A stretch of DNA of 64,000 bases from NCBI GenBank assembly GCA_041665725.1, contig JBAYIG010000002.1, forward strand, positions 31,085 to 95,084. Reading direction: 5' to 3'. This DNA is from Sideroxydans sp. (GTDB taxonomy: Bacteria > Pseudomonadota > Gammaproteobacteria > Burkholderiales > Gallionellaceae). The notes under the pieces were generated by a model that saw nothing but the letters and a program-made list of their open reading frames with translations, searched no databases and was not told the origin of the DNA. Of the stretch, positions 40,186 to 50,190 are shown piece after piece. Each line of letters begins with the position of its first letter. The first letter of the stretch is position 1. The translations under genes and the position numbers were made by a program.

Positions 40186-40207
40186 AAAAAGGGGGCCGGC
40201 TGCCCCC
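40186..40207 (-). terminator. Rho-independent terminator of pbpG
   Basis: On the minus strand: gggggc agccg gccccc, followed by TTTTT (plus-strand A-run 40186-40190). 24 nt after the pbpG stop. Confidence 0.75.
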
Positions 40208-40230
40208 TCATCATTCCACCATCCTTAGGT

Positions 40231-41133
40231 TCATCCGCGTCGGATACGGCGGCGAACTTTGCGAACTGGTTCGGGTGTCCCTTCCATCCAACGCTTGATG
40301 CGATTCGCATCGCCCACACGGGTATGTCGCCCCCACGAGTCGAGCAACACGATCACAACGGGACGATTGGATATCTTTGCTTGCATCACCAGACATTTAC
40401 CCGCTTCGCTGATATAGCCCGTCTTACTCACACCGATATCCCAAGATGAATTCCTCACCAGAGGGTTGGTGTTATTGAAGCGCAACGAGCGGCGTCCCGA
40501 AACTTGGACGGTGTGTGAACTTGTCGTAGAGAAACGCTCGATCTCCTCATACTCACTCGCCGCCGATACCATCTTGACCAGATCGTGTGCAGTCGAGACA
40601 TTGGTGCTGTGCAAACCAGTCGGGTCATCGAAGCGGGTGGAAGCCATCCCCAATTCGCGCGCCTTGGCGTTCATCATGGATAGCATCACTTGTGTACCAC
40701 CCGGATAGGTGCGAGCCAATGCGGCGGCGGCAACGTTCTCCGATGCCATCAACGCCAACTTCAACAACTCACCGCGCGACAACGTCATGCCATTGCGCAT
40801 GCGAGAACGCGTGCCTTTGAAGCGATCTCGATCCAAAGAACTGATGGTGATCTGCTCATCCAGCGGCAATCGTGCATCCAACACCACCATCGCCGTCATC
40901 AGTTTAGTGATAGACGCAATAGGAACGACCTCATTGGAATTCTTGGAGAAGAGGGGGCGTTGTGTCTGCTCGTCGTAGATCATCGCGATGGCAGAAGCCA
41001 GCTTAGGCGCAGACGTTTTCTTGAAGGCGGCACGCTGATCATCCTGCGCCATGGAGCCCACCTGACGATGGTCAACCGCCTGCGCGATCAGCGCATAGCT
41101 CAACAACATCAGTGTAAAAATAGTGTTACGCAT
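40231..41133 (-). CDS. pbpG: D-alanyl-D-alanine endopeptidase (peptidase S11, PBP7-like)
   Basis: IASITKLMTAMVVLDARLPLDE (SxxK), SEN motif (LMASENVAA), KTG motif (VSKTGYI). Collinear with E. coli PbpG by eye. ATG 41133 with SD AGGAG. Confidence 0.88.
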   Translation of the reverse strand: MRNTIFTLMLLSYALIAQAVDHRQVGSMAQDDQRAAFKKTSAPKLASAIAMIYDEQTQRPLFSKNSNEVVPIASITKLMTAMVVLDARLPLDEQITISSLDRDRFKGTRSRMRNGMTLSRGELLKLALMASENVAAAALARTYPGGTQVMLSMMNAKARELGMASTRFDDPTGLHSTNVSTAHDLVKMVSAASEYEEIERFSTTSSHTVQVSGRRSLRFNNTNPLVRNSSWDIGVSKTGYISEAGKCLVMQAKISNRPVVIVLLDSWGRHTRVGDANRIKRWMEGTPEPVRKVRRRIRRG

Positions 41134-41214
41134 GAATTCTCCTGTCCGAATCAACGGAACGGCGCGGAGGATAACCTGAAAAACCTAAAATAATCAATGA
41201 GTATTTGGAGATAC

Positions 41215-42996
41215 TTATTGCTCTTCCTGTTGTTGCAGCGCCCACATCTGTGCGTACACCCCTTGTTGGGACAACAATTCGCGATGCGTACCACGTTCGA
41301 TGATGCGACCTTTGTCCATGACGAGGATCTGATGCGCATCCACCACGGTGGACAAACGGTGTGCGATGACGAGTGTCGTGCGGTTCTGTGCGATGCTACG
41401 CAGCTCGTCTTGGATGGCCTTCTCGGACTTGGAATCCAGTGCCGAAGTCGCTTCGTCGAAGATGAGGATGGCAGGATTCTTCAGGACTGCGCGCGCGATG
41501 GCGACGCGTTGCTTCTCACCACCGGAAAGTTTCAGACCACGTTCCCCCACCATGCTGTCGTAACCCTGCGGCAGCGATTCGATGAAGTGATGGATATGCG
41601 CCGACTGCGCCGCACGGATGACTTCGTCTCGGTTCGCGTTAGGATTGCCGTATGCGATGTTGTAGTAGATGGTGTCGTTGAACAGCACGGTATCCTGCGG
41701 CACGATGCCGATGGAGGCACGCAGACTGCTCTGCGTCACGTTGCGGATATCCTGCCCATCAATGGAGATACTGCCGCTGTCTACATCATAAAAACGGAAC
41801 AGCAAGCGCGACAATGTGGACTTGCCCGCCCCGCTCGCACCGACCACCGCGACCGTATTCCCACTAGGGATCTCGAAATCAACTTCGTGCAATATCTGAC
41901 GCGAAGGGTCATAAGAGAATGCCACTCCCTCGAAACGAACTGTGGCTTTATCCAGCTGCAGTGAAGGTGCATCCGGCGCATCTTCGATCTCGCGGTTCGC
42001 ATCCAACAAGCGGAACATCTTTTCCATATCTGCCAACGCGTTCTTGATCTCGCGATAGACGAAGCCCAAGAAGTGCAACGGCATATAGAGTTGTAACATG
42101 AACACGTTGACCAGCACCAAGTCGCCGACGGTCATGTTGCCCTTCACCACTTCATCCGCCGCCAACAGCATGAGCAAGGTGACGCCGATCGCGATGATGA
42201 TGCTCTGCCCCGCATTGAGTGCTGCCAGCGAGGTCTGGTTCTTCACCGCAGAGGTCTCCCAGTCTTTCATCTGCTCGTCGTAACGCGATACTTCGTACTT
42301 TTCGTTGCCGAAATATTTCACCGTCTCGTAATTGATGAGACTGTCGATAGCGCGCGTATTGGCTTTGGAATCCTTGTCGTTCATGGTGCGGCGGAACACC
42401 ATGCGCCACTCGGTGATGATCAACGTGAAGGCGATGTACAGCACCAGTGTAGCGAAGGTGATGATGGCGAACCATGGGTTGTACTTGACGAACAAGATGG
42501 CCGCCACCAAGCCGATCTCCAGCAAGGTCGGCAGGATGTTGAACAGCAGGAAAGTGAGCAGGAAGCTGATACCGCGCGTGCCACGTTCGATGTCGCGCGA
42601 CACCCCGCCCGTCTGACGCTCCAAATGAAAACGTAGACTCAAACTGTGCAGATGTTCAAATACTTGTATCGCGACACGGCGGATGGCGCGTTGCGTCACC
42701 TTGGCGAACAAGGCATCGCGCAATTCGCCAAATAGCGTGCTGAACAGACGCAGCAAGCCATAGCCCGCAATGAGGAACACGGGGATCGCCAACATCGCCT
42801 GCGGCTTGCTCATCGCATCCACGATCTCTTTCAGCGCTAACGGTACGACCACGTTCGCCAGTTTGGAGGCGACCAGCAAGATGATGACGAAAGTCACGCG
42901 CCACTTGAACTCAAGCAGGTACGGAACGAGGCTGCGGATGACTTTCCAATCGGTGCGAGTCGGCGTGGCGGAAGAATGGGATGAATGTGAGCGCAT
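41215..42996 (-). CDS. ABCB-type (ATM1/HMT-like) fused permease-ATPase exporter
   Basis: Six-TM N-terminal half. GASGAGKST Walker A, LSGGEKQR signature, ILIFDEATSALD Walker B. Confidence 0.9.
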   Translation of the reverse strand: MRSHSSHSSATPTRTDWKVIRSLVPYLLEFKWRVTFVIILLVASKLANVVVPLALKEIVDAMSKPQAMLAIPVFLIAGYGLLRLFSTLFGELRDALFAKVTQRAIRRVAIQVFEHLHSLSLRFHLERQTGGVSRDIERGTRGISFLLTFLLFNILPTLLEIGLVAAILFVKYNPWFAIITFATLVLYIAFTLIITEWRMVFRRTMNDKDSKANTRAIDSLINYETVKYFGNEKYEVSRYDEQMKDWETSAVKNQTSLAALNAGQSIIIAIGVTLLMLLAADEVVKGNMTVGDLVLVNVFMLQLYMPLHFLGFVYREIKNALADMEKMFRLLDANREIEDAPDAPSLQLDKATVRFEGVAFSYDPSRQILHEVDFEIPSGNTVAVVGASGAGKSTLSRLLFRFYDVDSGSISIDGQDIRNVTQSSLRASIGIVPQDTVLFNDTIYYNIAYGNPNANRDEVIRAAQSAHIHHFIESLPQGYDSMVGERGLKLSGGEKQRVAIARAVLKNPAILIFDEATSALDSKSEKAIQDELRSIAQNRTTLVIAHRLSTVVDAHQILVMDKGRIIERGTHRELLSQQGVYAQMWALQQQEEQ

Positions 42997-43041
42997 GTGA
43001 GACCAAACAGTGAATCAAGGACTACATTATAAAGGCGAACG

Positions 43042-44202
43042 TCAGTGTTCCTTGGACAAGCCTAACAAGTTGACCGCCCAGCGGATAAGGCCATAGCTGA
43101 TCCGCGCAAAGAGCAATGAGACAGTACGCAGATGACTGCGCTCGACGCGCACCGCAGAAGTGCGGATCGCACGCATCAAACTGGCTTGCGGGGCCTTGGA
43201 GAATGCCTCATCACGCACCACCACATTCGCCTCTCGCGCCAACATCAAACTTAGCGGATCAAGATTGGAAGACCCCACGGTCGCCCAGCCGCGATCCACC
43301 ACCCCGACCTTGGCATGCAGAAAACTGTCGCGATATTCGTAGATCTCGATCCCGACATCCATCAAGCGCTGATAGAGGAACATCGTGGCGTAATGCTGCA
43401 AACGATATTCGACGCGACCTTGCAGCAGCAACACCACGCGCACCCCACGTTGCGCCGCCTCCAACAACGCCTTGCGGATGCGACGTCCAGGCAGGAAATA
43501 GGCATTGGCCAACACCACCTCATGCTTCGCCCCCGCAATGGCTTGCAGATAGGCGTGTTCGATGTCACGACGATGCCCGACGTTGTCGCGCAACTTCAAT
43601 TCAACGAAGGATGGCGTTGGTGATCGCGTCAGCCTGCGCAAGCGCGATCCGATCTGGCCGATACGTTTTCTCAAAGTTGCGCGCTGTATCACCGACCACA
43701 GCGTGCGCATCTCCTCATGCACTTGCTGCGCCAAAGCACCATGGATACGCACCGCGTAATCCAATCGTGGCGCATCGAAATCCTCGCCCTCGGGGATGTC
43801 GTTCAAGATATTGATGCCGCCCACATAGGCCGTCTCACTATCAATGACAGAAAGTTTGCGATGCAGGCGGCGCAGACGGAAACGGTTGAAGTTGAACATC
43901 CCTGTCTCGCGGCGGAACCACTGCACCTCGACGCCTGCCGTGCGCAAGTCATCCACCCACGCCTGCGGGAACGCTGCCGACCCGATGCCATCCAGCAACA
44001 AGCGTACCGTCACATGGCGTAGCGCGGCACGCTGCAATGCTTGCGACACCTGCCGCCCAGTCTCGTCTGCCGCAAAGATATAGGTCTCCAGATAGACATG
44101 GTGTTGCGCCGCATCGATGTCCGCACACAACTGCGGAAAGAAGCGCGTGCCGTTCTGCAACAGCATCAACTTGTTGCGCCCGATCTGGAAGGTGCGATTC
44201 AT
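43042..44202 (-). CDS. clsB: Cardiolipin synthase ClsB (phospholipase D family)
   Basis: Two HKD motifs, HRKLSVIDSETAYVGGINI and LHAKVGVVDRGWATVGSSNLD. No N-terminal TM segment. ATGA overlap with the upstream EEP gene, as in E. coli ybhP-clsB. Confidence 0.88.
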   Translation of the reverse strand: MNRTFQIGRNKLMLLQNGTRFFPQLCADIDAAQHHVYLETYIFAADETGRQVSQALQRAALRHVTVRLLLDGIGSAAFPQAWVDDLRTAGVEVQWFRRETGMFNFNRFRLRRLHRKLSVIDSETAYVGGINILNDIPEGEDFDAPRLDYAVRIHGALAQQVHEEMRTLWSVIQRATLRKRIGQIGSRLRRLTRSPTPSFVELKLRDNVGHRRDIEHAYLQAIAGAKHEVVLANAYFLPGRRIRKALLEAAQRGVRVVLLLQGRVEYRLQHYATMFLYQRLMDVGIEIYEYRDSFLHAKVGVVDRGWATVGSSNLDPLSLMLAREANVVVRDEAFSKAPQASLMRAIRTSAVRVERSHLRTVSLLFARISYGLIRWAVNLLGLSKEH

Positions 44203-44942
44203 CGTATCTTCAACTCAGCCAGTAAGGCGGCATGGTCGGACAAACGACGACCACCATGTACTTGGCAGTGCCCCACATCGAAACCACGCACGTAGATGCG
44301 GTCAAGCTTGAACAAAGGGAACGCAGCGGGAAAACTGCGCGCGAGCCTGCCATGCCCGATCTGGAAGGCGTCACGCACATGCAACTCGCTCTCGAACTCT
44401 CGGCTCAACTGATTGCGCCAATCATTGAAATCTCCAGCAACAACCAATGGTGACTCGACACCCACCTCACCATTCACATGCTCGATCAAAGCGTTCATCT
44501 GCACTCGACGCCCCTTGCCGAACAATCCAAAGTGCGCGCAGAAGCAATGTACCGATCTGCCCTTGAAGTCGATTTCGCAGTGCAACAATCCGCGCTGTTC
44601 GAAGCGATGTGCCGACACGTCTTTGTTGAAGGTTCTAATGATCGGATAGCGACTCAGGATGGCGTTGCCGTGGTGACCTGCCTCATACACCGCATTCATA
44701 CCATAAGCGCGATGCGTCCAGACATCATCGGCCAGAAACTCGTGCTGGGGGGCAGCGGGATAGTTGGCATGCTTGTCCGCATGAGTTCCATGCTCGCCTT
44801 GCACCTCTTGCAAGAACACGATGTCTGCATCCAACTCGCGCAACTTCTCGCGTAGCTCGTGCATCACCACGCGGCGATTGAACTGCGAGAAACCTTTGTG
44901 GATGTTGTAGGTGGCGATCTTGAGGTTGGGCATGGATGACAT
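44199..44942 (-). CDS. Endonuclease/exonuclease/phosphatase family protein (YbhP-like)
   Basis: KIATYNIHKGFSQFNRR, IVFLQEV, AGDFNDW, LSDHA. Start ambiguous (ATG at 44963, 44942 or 44933). Confidence 0.85.
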   Translation of the reverse strand: MSSMPNLKIATYNIHKGFSQFNRRVVMHELREKLRELDADIVFLQEVQGEHGTHADKHANYPAAPQHEFLADDVWTHRAYGMNAVYEAGHHGNAILSRYPIIRTFNKDVSAHRFEQRGLLHCEIDFKGRSVHCFCAHFGLFGKGRRVQMNALIEHVNGEVGVESPLVVAGDFNDWRNQLSREFESELHVRDAFQIGHGRLARSFPAAFPLFKLDRIYVRGFDVGHCQVHGGRRLSDHAALLAELKIR

Positions 44943-45102
44943 TCTACCCAAACACGACAGCATGGACTTCGGCTATGCCCTTTTGCCTCATGAATCTGGT
45001 AGTCGACCAAGGACTAAACCGCTTCGCGGTTATTGGCGCTCCGAACGTAAAGCAGTGTTTGATTGAAAGGATTGAAACAGCGGTAAATCCAACATGCTTA
45101 AA

Positions 45103-47595
45103 TCATGTGTCTACGATGGCTATTTGAGTCATTGCTGTGAGCGCAGCCAGAGCGCGTTCGAAGTCGATGTCTTCAATGGCCGCCTTGATTTCCTCGAAGG
45201 CCTGAGGTGATGCCGCCCGAAGCAACTCAGCATGGTCGTCGAGTGTGTGCTTTGCTCGCAATTCGTTTCCTGCCAGTTGTTGCGCCAGCGCTTGGCATAC
45301 CCGCGCCAGCTCCTGGGTATCGACCACTGATGTGGGTGGGTTGAAGTGGGGGCGTGGCGCTATCCAGCGCAACAGCGTCGGGTACAAGGCGGTCTGTGTG
45401 ACAGGCCTATCAATTACCTCGTTCATGCCGGCTTGTAAGCCAGCCGTGCGTACGGCAGGGGCGACGTTGGCCGTAATGCCGACGATGGGCCGGTCGGTCC
45501 AGCTGGGCAAGCGGCGGATGGCAGCGCAGGCTGTAGCACCGTCCATTTCCGGCATGTGCATTTCCATCATGATCAGCGCATAGTCGTCCGGCCCTCTGCC
45601 TTCCAGATGTTGCAACGCCGTCGCGCCATCGCCGACAACATCAACCGCTAGGCCGAGCTGTTCGATGAGAAGCCGCAACGTTTCCTGGTTGAGCGGGTCG
45701 TCGTCCACCACTAGGACACGAGCGCCGGCGATATCGGTCAGGCGTTCCCGATCTACGACCGGCTCGTTGGCTATGACCCATGGAGGCATTTGGGCAATGC
45801 CGCTATCCCGCTCTAGGGGTACCGTAAACCAGAACGTACTACCCCGTCCTAGTTCGCTGGATACGTCGATTGCGCCTCCCATCAATTCGACCAGCCGTTT
45901 GGAGATGGCGAGGCCCAGACCGGTACCACCATACTTGCGCGTGGTGGAACTATCCGCCTGCTGAAAGCTCTGGAACAGCCGGCTGATCTGCTCTTGACTG
46001 ATGCCGAGACCGGTATCGCTCACCGCAAAACGCAGGCGCAGACCATCGGCCGTGTCAGATTCCAAGCGCACACCCACATTAATCTCACCTTGCGGAGTGA
46101 ATTTGATGGCGTTGGATAGTAGATTGATCAATATCTGCTTCAGTTTGGTGAAGTCGCCTATCAAGTGATGCGGCACATCTGGCTCGACAATGAACGACAA
46201 GGTTAGCTGTTTGTTGACGGTTTTATCGGGGTACAGTGCCGCCACGTCGTTAAGCAGGTGGTCCAACACGAAGGGCGCACAGTCAAGATTCATTTTCCCC
46301 GCCTCGATCTTGGAAAAATCCAGCACGTCGTTGACCATGTCTAGCAGATGCTGCGAAGATTTTTGGATCTTCATTAGATAGCCGTGTTGGCGTGGACTTA
46401 GATTGGTATCGATGAGCAGGTGTGACATGCCGATGATGGCGTTCATCGGCGTGCGCAGTTCATGCGACATGTTGGCGATAAAGTCTGACTTGACGCGGCT
46501 GGCAGATTCGGCGAGATCTCTTGCGCGCAGGATTTCAGCTTCCGCTTTTTTTCTGTCAGAGATGTCGCGCAATATGCCTTGTAGGCGGCCGTCAGGCAGC
46601 TGTCGCGCGACAAGTTCGCCGACAAAGGTGGATCCGTCCTTGCGTTTGAATACCCACTCCGAGGTCACGACACTGCCTTCGGCGTAACGGGCTATCGTTG
46701 CCGGAATATGAGGTATTTCTTCCTCAACGTGGATATCGTGAATCGAGAGGTTCAATATCTCTTCACAGGTGTAGCCCAGCATGGCGGCACCGACGGAATT
46801 CACATCCACAAAGCGGCCGCTACTGTCGGACAAGAAAATACCGTCTGGCGATTGTTCGACCAGCAGGCGAAAGTGCGCTTCGCTGGCAGCCAGCGCGGCG
46901 GTGCGTTCGTCAACACGCCGTTCCAATTCCAGATTGTTTTCCTTCAACAAGCCCAACTGATCGTCGATCTTCCTACCCATCGCCTCAAGTAGCTGAGTGA
47001 GCGGTTTAAACTCAAGGTAGCGTGTGTCGGCCGTGATCTCGTAATCTCCCCGTCCATAAGCATCCACCATCCGAGTCAGTTCCGCGAACGGGTAGCGCAG
47101 GAAGAGTCTGATCATGGCATTCGCCGAGAGCGCCAAAACGAAGGTGATGATGACGATGATTGCCAAGAGAGACCAGAGCAGCTCGGTCAGCCGCTCCTCG
47201 AAGGGGTGTCGACTCAGACTGATACGCACCTCACCCACCGGGAACCCTTGATGCGTGATGCTTTCGGATATTTGCAGGGCTCCTGCGTCCTGCGTACGCT
47301 GAAAGAAAAAGATCCTCTTGCTCCGGCTACTGTCGAGAACTTCAATCGAACTGATATCAGGATCCTGTGCCACCGTGTCGCCGATCTGCTTGATGATGGC
47401 CTCGTTCAGCGCCCAGAGTGGCTCGGCAAGACTGCCCGTCAGGTAATCGAGCGTTACCTGCGCCTTGTCGTTGAGTTCCCGGTCGATCTGCCGCTTGGAG
47501 AACAGGTAGAACCCGCTACCGGTAGCCAACGAGATCGTGATGATCGTCGCGATGAGGAAAAAGGTCAGGCGCTTGGCAAGGGATTGCTGGGTCAT
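45103..47595 (-). CDS. Hybrid sensor histidine kinase / response regulator (TM-HAMP-PAS-HisKA-HATPase-REC)
   Basis: Two TM segments flank a periplasmic region. A PAS domain, H-box [17 protein letters not shown]-boxes DTGLGI and GGTGLGLAI, then REC ([10 protein letters not shown]...[10 protein letters not shown]). Confidence 0.9.
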   Translation of the reverse strand: MTQQSLAKRLTFFLIATIITISLATGSGFYLFSKRQIDRELNDKAQVTLDYLTGSLAEPLWALNEAIIKQIGDTVAQDPDISSIEVLDSSRSKRIFFFQRTQDAGALQISESITHQGFPVGEVRISLSRHPFEERLTELLWSLLAIIVIITFVLALSANAMIRLFLRYPFAELTRMVDAYGRGDYEITADTRYLEFKPLTQLLEAMGRKIDDQLGLLKENNLELERRVDERTAALAASEAHFRLLVEQSPDGIFLSDSSGRFVDVNSVGAAMLGYTCEEILNLSIHDIHVEEEIPHIPATIARYAEGSVVTSEWVFKRKDGSTFVGELVARQLPDGRLQGILRDISDRKKAEAEILRARDLAESASRVKSDFIANMSHELRTPMNAIIGMSHLLIDTNLSPRQHGYLMKIQKSSQHLLDMVNDVLDFSKIEAGKMNLDCAPFVLDHLLNDVAALYPDKTVNKQLTLSFIVEPDVPHHLIGDFTKLKQILINLLSNAIKFTPQGEINVGVRLESDTADGLRLRFAVSDTGLGISQEQISRLFQSFQQADSSTTRKYGGTGLGLAISKRLVELMGGAIDVSSELGRGSTFWFTVPLERDSGIAQMPPWVIANEPVVDRERLTDIAGARVLVVDDDPLNQETLRLLIEQLGLAVDVVGDGATALQHLEGRGPDDYALIMMEMHMPEMDGATACAAIRRLPSWTDRPIVGITANVAPAVRTAGLQAGMNEVIDRPVTQTALYPTLLRWIAPRPHFNPPTSVVDTQELARVCQALAQQLAGNELRAKHTLDDHAELLRAASPQAFEEIKAAIEDIDFERALAALTAMTQIAIVDT

Positions 47596-48548
47596 GGCCG
47601 GAAGGACTCTCGTGGCTGCTTCAGGGGATCGACCAGAAACCTGTCGAAAAACTTCGATAGGCGGCGCTGATCCTCTGGCTGATACCAGCGCAGGGTCGCC
47701 GCGCGGTAGGCCGGGGTGGGTATGTAGTGCCTCAACACATCATTGACTTGCCCGATCACCTGCTGTCCCCAAGGATTGCGCACGCAGGTGACGTAGGTGA
47801 TGTTGTGGGGAGCGGCTTCGTCGATGGCAATGTTGACCAAGTCGGGGTGGAGGGCGAGATCCTGTTCAAAGAATGCCCGGACGGCCGGAAACTCAAGGAT
47901 GTAGTCGGTACGTCCGAGGCTGATAAATTCAAACAGACTTTGGTTGCTCGTCACGTTGGCGTGAAGGTAGGCTTGCCCCTTGAGTCTGCGGATGATCTGG
48001 TCAACCTGGCTGCCGTATGAGCGGCCCTCGATGAAACTGCCATCGAAGCGAGGATCCTGCATGAGGCGCGCAAGTGAAATGCTGGAGGGGTTGCCCAGCA
48101 ATTTGGCCTTGTCTCGGCGCATCACGACATAATTGGAAAGGAATACGGTCGCGGGGCTGGAGAAGTACAAAATACGCTCCCGCTCTGGGGTCTTGAAATA
48201 GTAGACCTTGCACACCTTTTGCCCCTCTGTGGCCAATTGCTCGTAGCGCGCGTTGTTCATCTCGATGAATTTGTGGTCGTACTCGGGTAGCTGGGTGACC
48301 AGTTCCTGCTGTAATAGATTCCAGACGCCTTGGCCTTTGCTACTCCCCTCGAGGATCATCCATGGCGGGAAATGCAGGTTAGCCCAGATGATGGTTTCCC
48401 TAGCCTGTACCCCTGTGCTGCAAAGCAGCAAAGTGCCGAACATCATGGCCGCACTCAAGGCGGTACGCACGTATGCGAATACGCCCTTCCACAACGGGTT
48501 GTTTGGCAAAGGAATCAACATAGGTGGATCATCATCCGTACGTATCAA
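47592..48548 (-). CDS. Periplasmic solute-binding-protein-like protein coupled to the hybrid kinase
   Basis: Signal-peptide-like ...AAMMFGTLLLCSTGVQA. The body resembles family-3 SBP / TIGR02285-type proteins as I remember them. ATGA overlap with the kinase gene. Start uncertain. Confidence 0.65.
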   Translation of the reverse strand: MIRTDDDPPMLIPLPNNPLWKGVFAYVRTALSAAMMFGTLLLCSTGVQARETIIWANLHFPPWMILEGSSKGQGVWNLLQQELVTQLPEYDHKFIEMNNARYEQLATEGQKVCKVYYFKTPERERILYFSSPATVFLSNYVVMRRDKAKLLGNPSSISLARLMQDPRFDGSFIEGRSYGSQVDQIIRRLKGQAYLHANVTSNQSLFEFISLGRTDYILEFPAVRAFFEQDLALHPDLVNIAIDEAAPHNITYVTCVRNPWGQQVIGQVNDVLRHYIPTPAYRAATLRWYQPEDQRRLSKFFDRFLVDPLKQPRESFRP

Positions 48549-48740
48549 GATAGGTATTCGATCATTATATGGAAAAACTCATATTGTCCTAGCCGATGAC
48601 CAGTTGCTGGAGCAGCAAGGAATGCTTACGTTGATTGCCATACTGCCGCAATATGAAGCCATCGTTGGGTGCGCTAAGGGAAGAGCGCCGCGAAATCAGC
48701 ATAGGAGGCTAGCGCAAAATCTCGCGGTGATATCTAGAAG

Positions 48741-49001
48741 TTAAGCGGCCTGTTCTGCACCCGGTTGGGGGAATACAATCGTCTTTGCGATATCATTCCT
48801 GCAAATCGAACATTTTCCGACCAAAAGCAAATCTCCACATCTGATCGCACCAGAATAAGCGGTGATACGCACATCATCGCAACATCTAGCACACCATATG
48901 GTCGAGAGTATTCGATCTCGAGTGCTGTCCGATAGTTGCGTCCATTTCCTAGCGGCTGGCGCAGAAAAGTCGCTTATATTCTCTACCTCTAGATTAGTCA
49001 C
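48741..49001 (-). CDS. Small Cys4 (zinc-ribbon-like) hypothetical protein
   Basis: 86 codons, GTG start inside GTGACTAA, which overlaps the stop of the IHF-like gene. Two CxxC pairs (WCARCC and KCSICR). Confidence 0.45.
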   Translation of the reverse strand: MTNLEVENISDFSAPAARKWTQLSDSTRDRILSTIWCARCCDDVRITAYSGAIRCGDLLLVGKCSICRNDIAKTIVFPQPGAEQAA

Positions 49002-49287
49002 GGTCTACCCTCTCTTTTAGCCCGAGTCCCGCTTTAAAGCGAGGTACATACTTGGCAGGCGTAATGACTTTCTCCCCCGTCTTGGGATTACGAGCAACAC
49101 GCTGTGCGTGATAGTTCAAATCAAAGCTACCAAAATTGCGAATCTCTACCCTACGCCCTTTAGATAATGAATCAGCGATACTTTCAAGGATGATGCGCAC
49201 TGAAACATCCACGTCAACAGAATAAAGAGATGAGAATTTTTCTGCCAATCGCCTGATGATGTCTGAACGTTGATGAACGTTATTCAT
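48994..49287 (-). CDS. IHF-beta / HU-family DNA-bending protein
   Basis: IIRRLAEKF...VEIRNFGSFDLNYHAQRVARNPKTGEKVITPAKYVPRFKAG aligns by eye with IHF-beta (RGFGSF...GRNPKTG...VPHFKPG). Confidence 0.85.
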   Translation of the reverse strand: MNNVHQRSDIIRRLAEKFSSLYSVDVDVSVRIILESIADSLSKGRRVEIRNFGSFDLNYHAQRVARNPKTGEKVITPAKYVPRFKAGLGLKERVDRD

Positions 49288-49323
49288 TATGTAAACTATT
49301 TTTTTGATTGATCTGAAGAACGA

Positions 49324-50190
49324 TCATTGAGAAAGAGAAAAGATCTTATGCGCATAGCGACTACGAGCTTCGATACGGGCAAACATAGGTGTCATGTCCG
49401 CATCCCACGTCATACCAAGCTTTCGACACGCTGGCGAAGAGAGTTTGGTAATGTGGTTTTCGATTCCCCCTGAGAGGTCAAGTGCATTAGCAAGTATCTC
49501 GGCAAGATAGACCAAAGGCACCAATGGGTTGTTCAGTGCCAACTCAGGAGAATGGTGATGACCAATCGCATTCCCGATGTTCTTTGGCAATCCCCAATGC
49601 TCAGCCAACCAATAGCCGATGGTCGAATGGTCGACACCGAACATATCTAATTCAGCTTGCTCGATACAGATGTCCTCTTGAAACACCCTGTGCCATAGAT
49701 GATGGAGCTCGCTAGGAAAGGCACAGCACAGCCATAGCTGACCAATATCGTGAAGCAAGCCGGCAATCAGGGTTGTCTCTGCCAGTTCATGATAGACGTT
49801 CTTACGAGCAAGTTCCTCGCTACAGATTCCCACCGAAACACTGTGCTCCCAATAGGTCACGGGCAGATTTGACAATCGAGCCGCTCTTGAGAAATCAGCA
49901 AAACTATGAATGATGGCTATCTCACGCACTCGCCCCATACCGATTAGGATGATTGCTGTACGTATGTCCACAATGGTAGTGCGCTGCCGCTTTATCGCAG
50001 CAGAATTGGCCACCGAAAGCACACGAGCCGTCAAGACAGGATCGTGCTTAACATAAGTGACTAATACGCTTAGATTCGAATCGGCATCGTCTATCGTTTT
50101 CAGTATTTGCGTGATGATGGCAGGTAGAGCGGGAAGAATGTTTCTAGTGCCAACGACCTCGTCTCTTGATAAGGCATAAGCAACCATCAT
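49324..50190 (-). CDS. HDOD-domain signalling protein
   Basis: LPALPAIITQILKTIDDADSNLSVLVTYVKHDPVLTARVLSVANSA is the HDOD signature, with LLHDIGQL and GHHH further on. ATGA overlap with the upstream 108-aa ORF. Confidence 0.85.
   Translation of the reverse strand: MMVAYALSRDEVVGTRNILPALPAIITQILKTIDDADSNLSVLVTYVKHDPVLTARVLSVANSAAIKRQRTTIVDIRTAIILIGMGRVREIAIIHSFADFSRAARLSNLPVTYWEHSVSVGICSEELARKNVYHELAETTLIAGLLHDIGQLWLCCAFPSELHHLWHRVFQEDICIEQAELDMFGVDHSTIGYWLAEHWGLPKNIGNAIGHHHSPELALNNPLVPLVYLAEILANALDLSGGIENHITKLSSPACRKLGMTWDADMTPMFARIEARSRYAHKIFSLSQ

Noticed and set aside
40112-40186. 24-codon hydrophobic ORF (MFIELIILVVVVAVVVIALRPPRQ*) between tamA and pbpG, ending at the terminator hairpin.
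   Set aside because: It is a tempting single-TM micro-protein. However, the upstream sequence is CTCC-rich with no SD on this strand, it coincides with a GTC simple-repeat tract, and the hairpin's U-tract faces the other strand (pbpG). I keep it only as a very low-probability candidate; ribosome profiling would decide.
40083-40298. 71-aa Ser-rich plus-strand ORF.
   Set aside because: It is low-complexity, overlaps the pbpG 3' end and its terminator, and has no motif.
45103-45430. Calling an HPt domain at the C-terminus of the hybrid kinase.
   Set aside because: About 110 residues follow the REC domain, but I cannot see the HxxKG-type phospho-histidine helix by eye. Left uncalled pending an HMM search.
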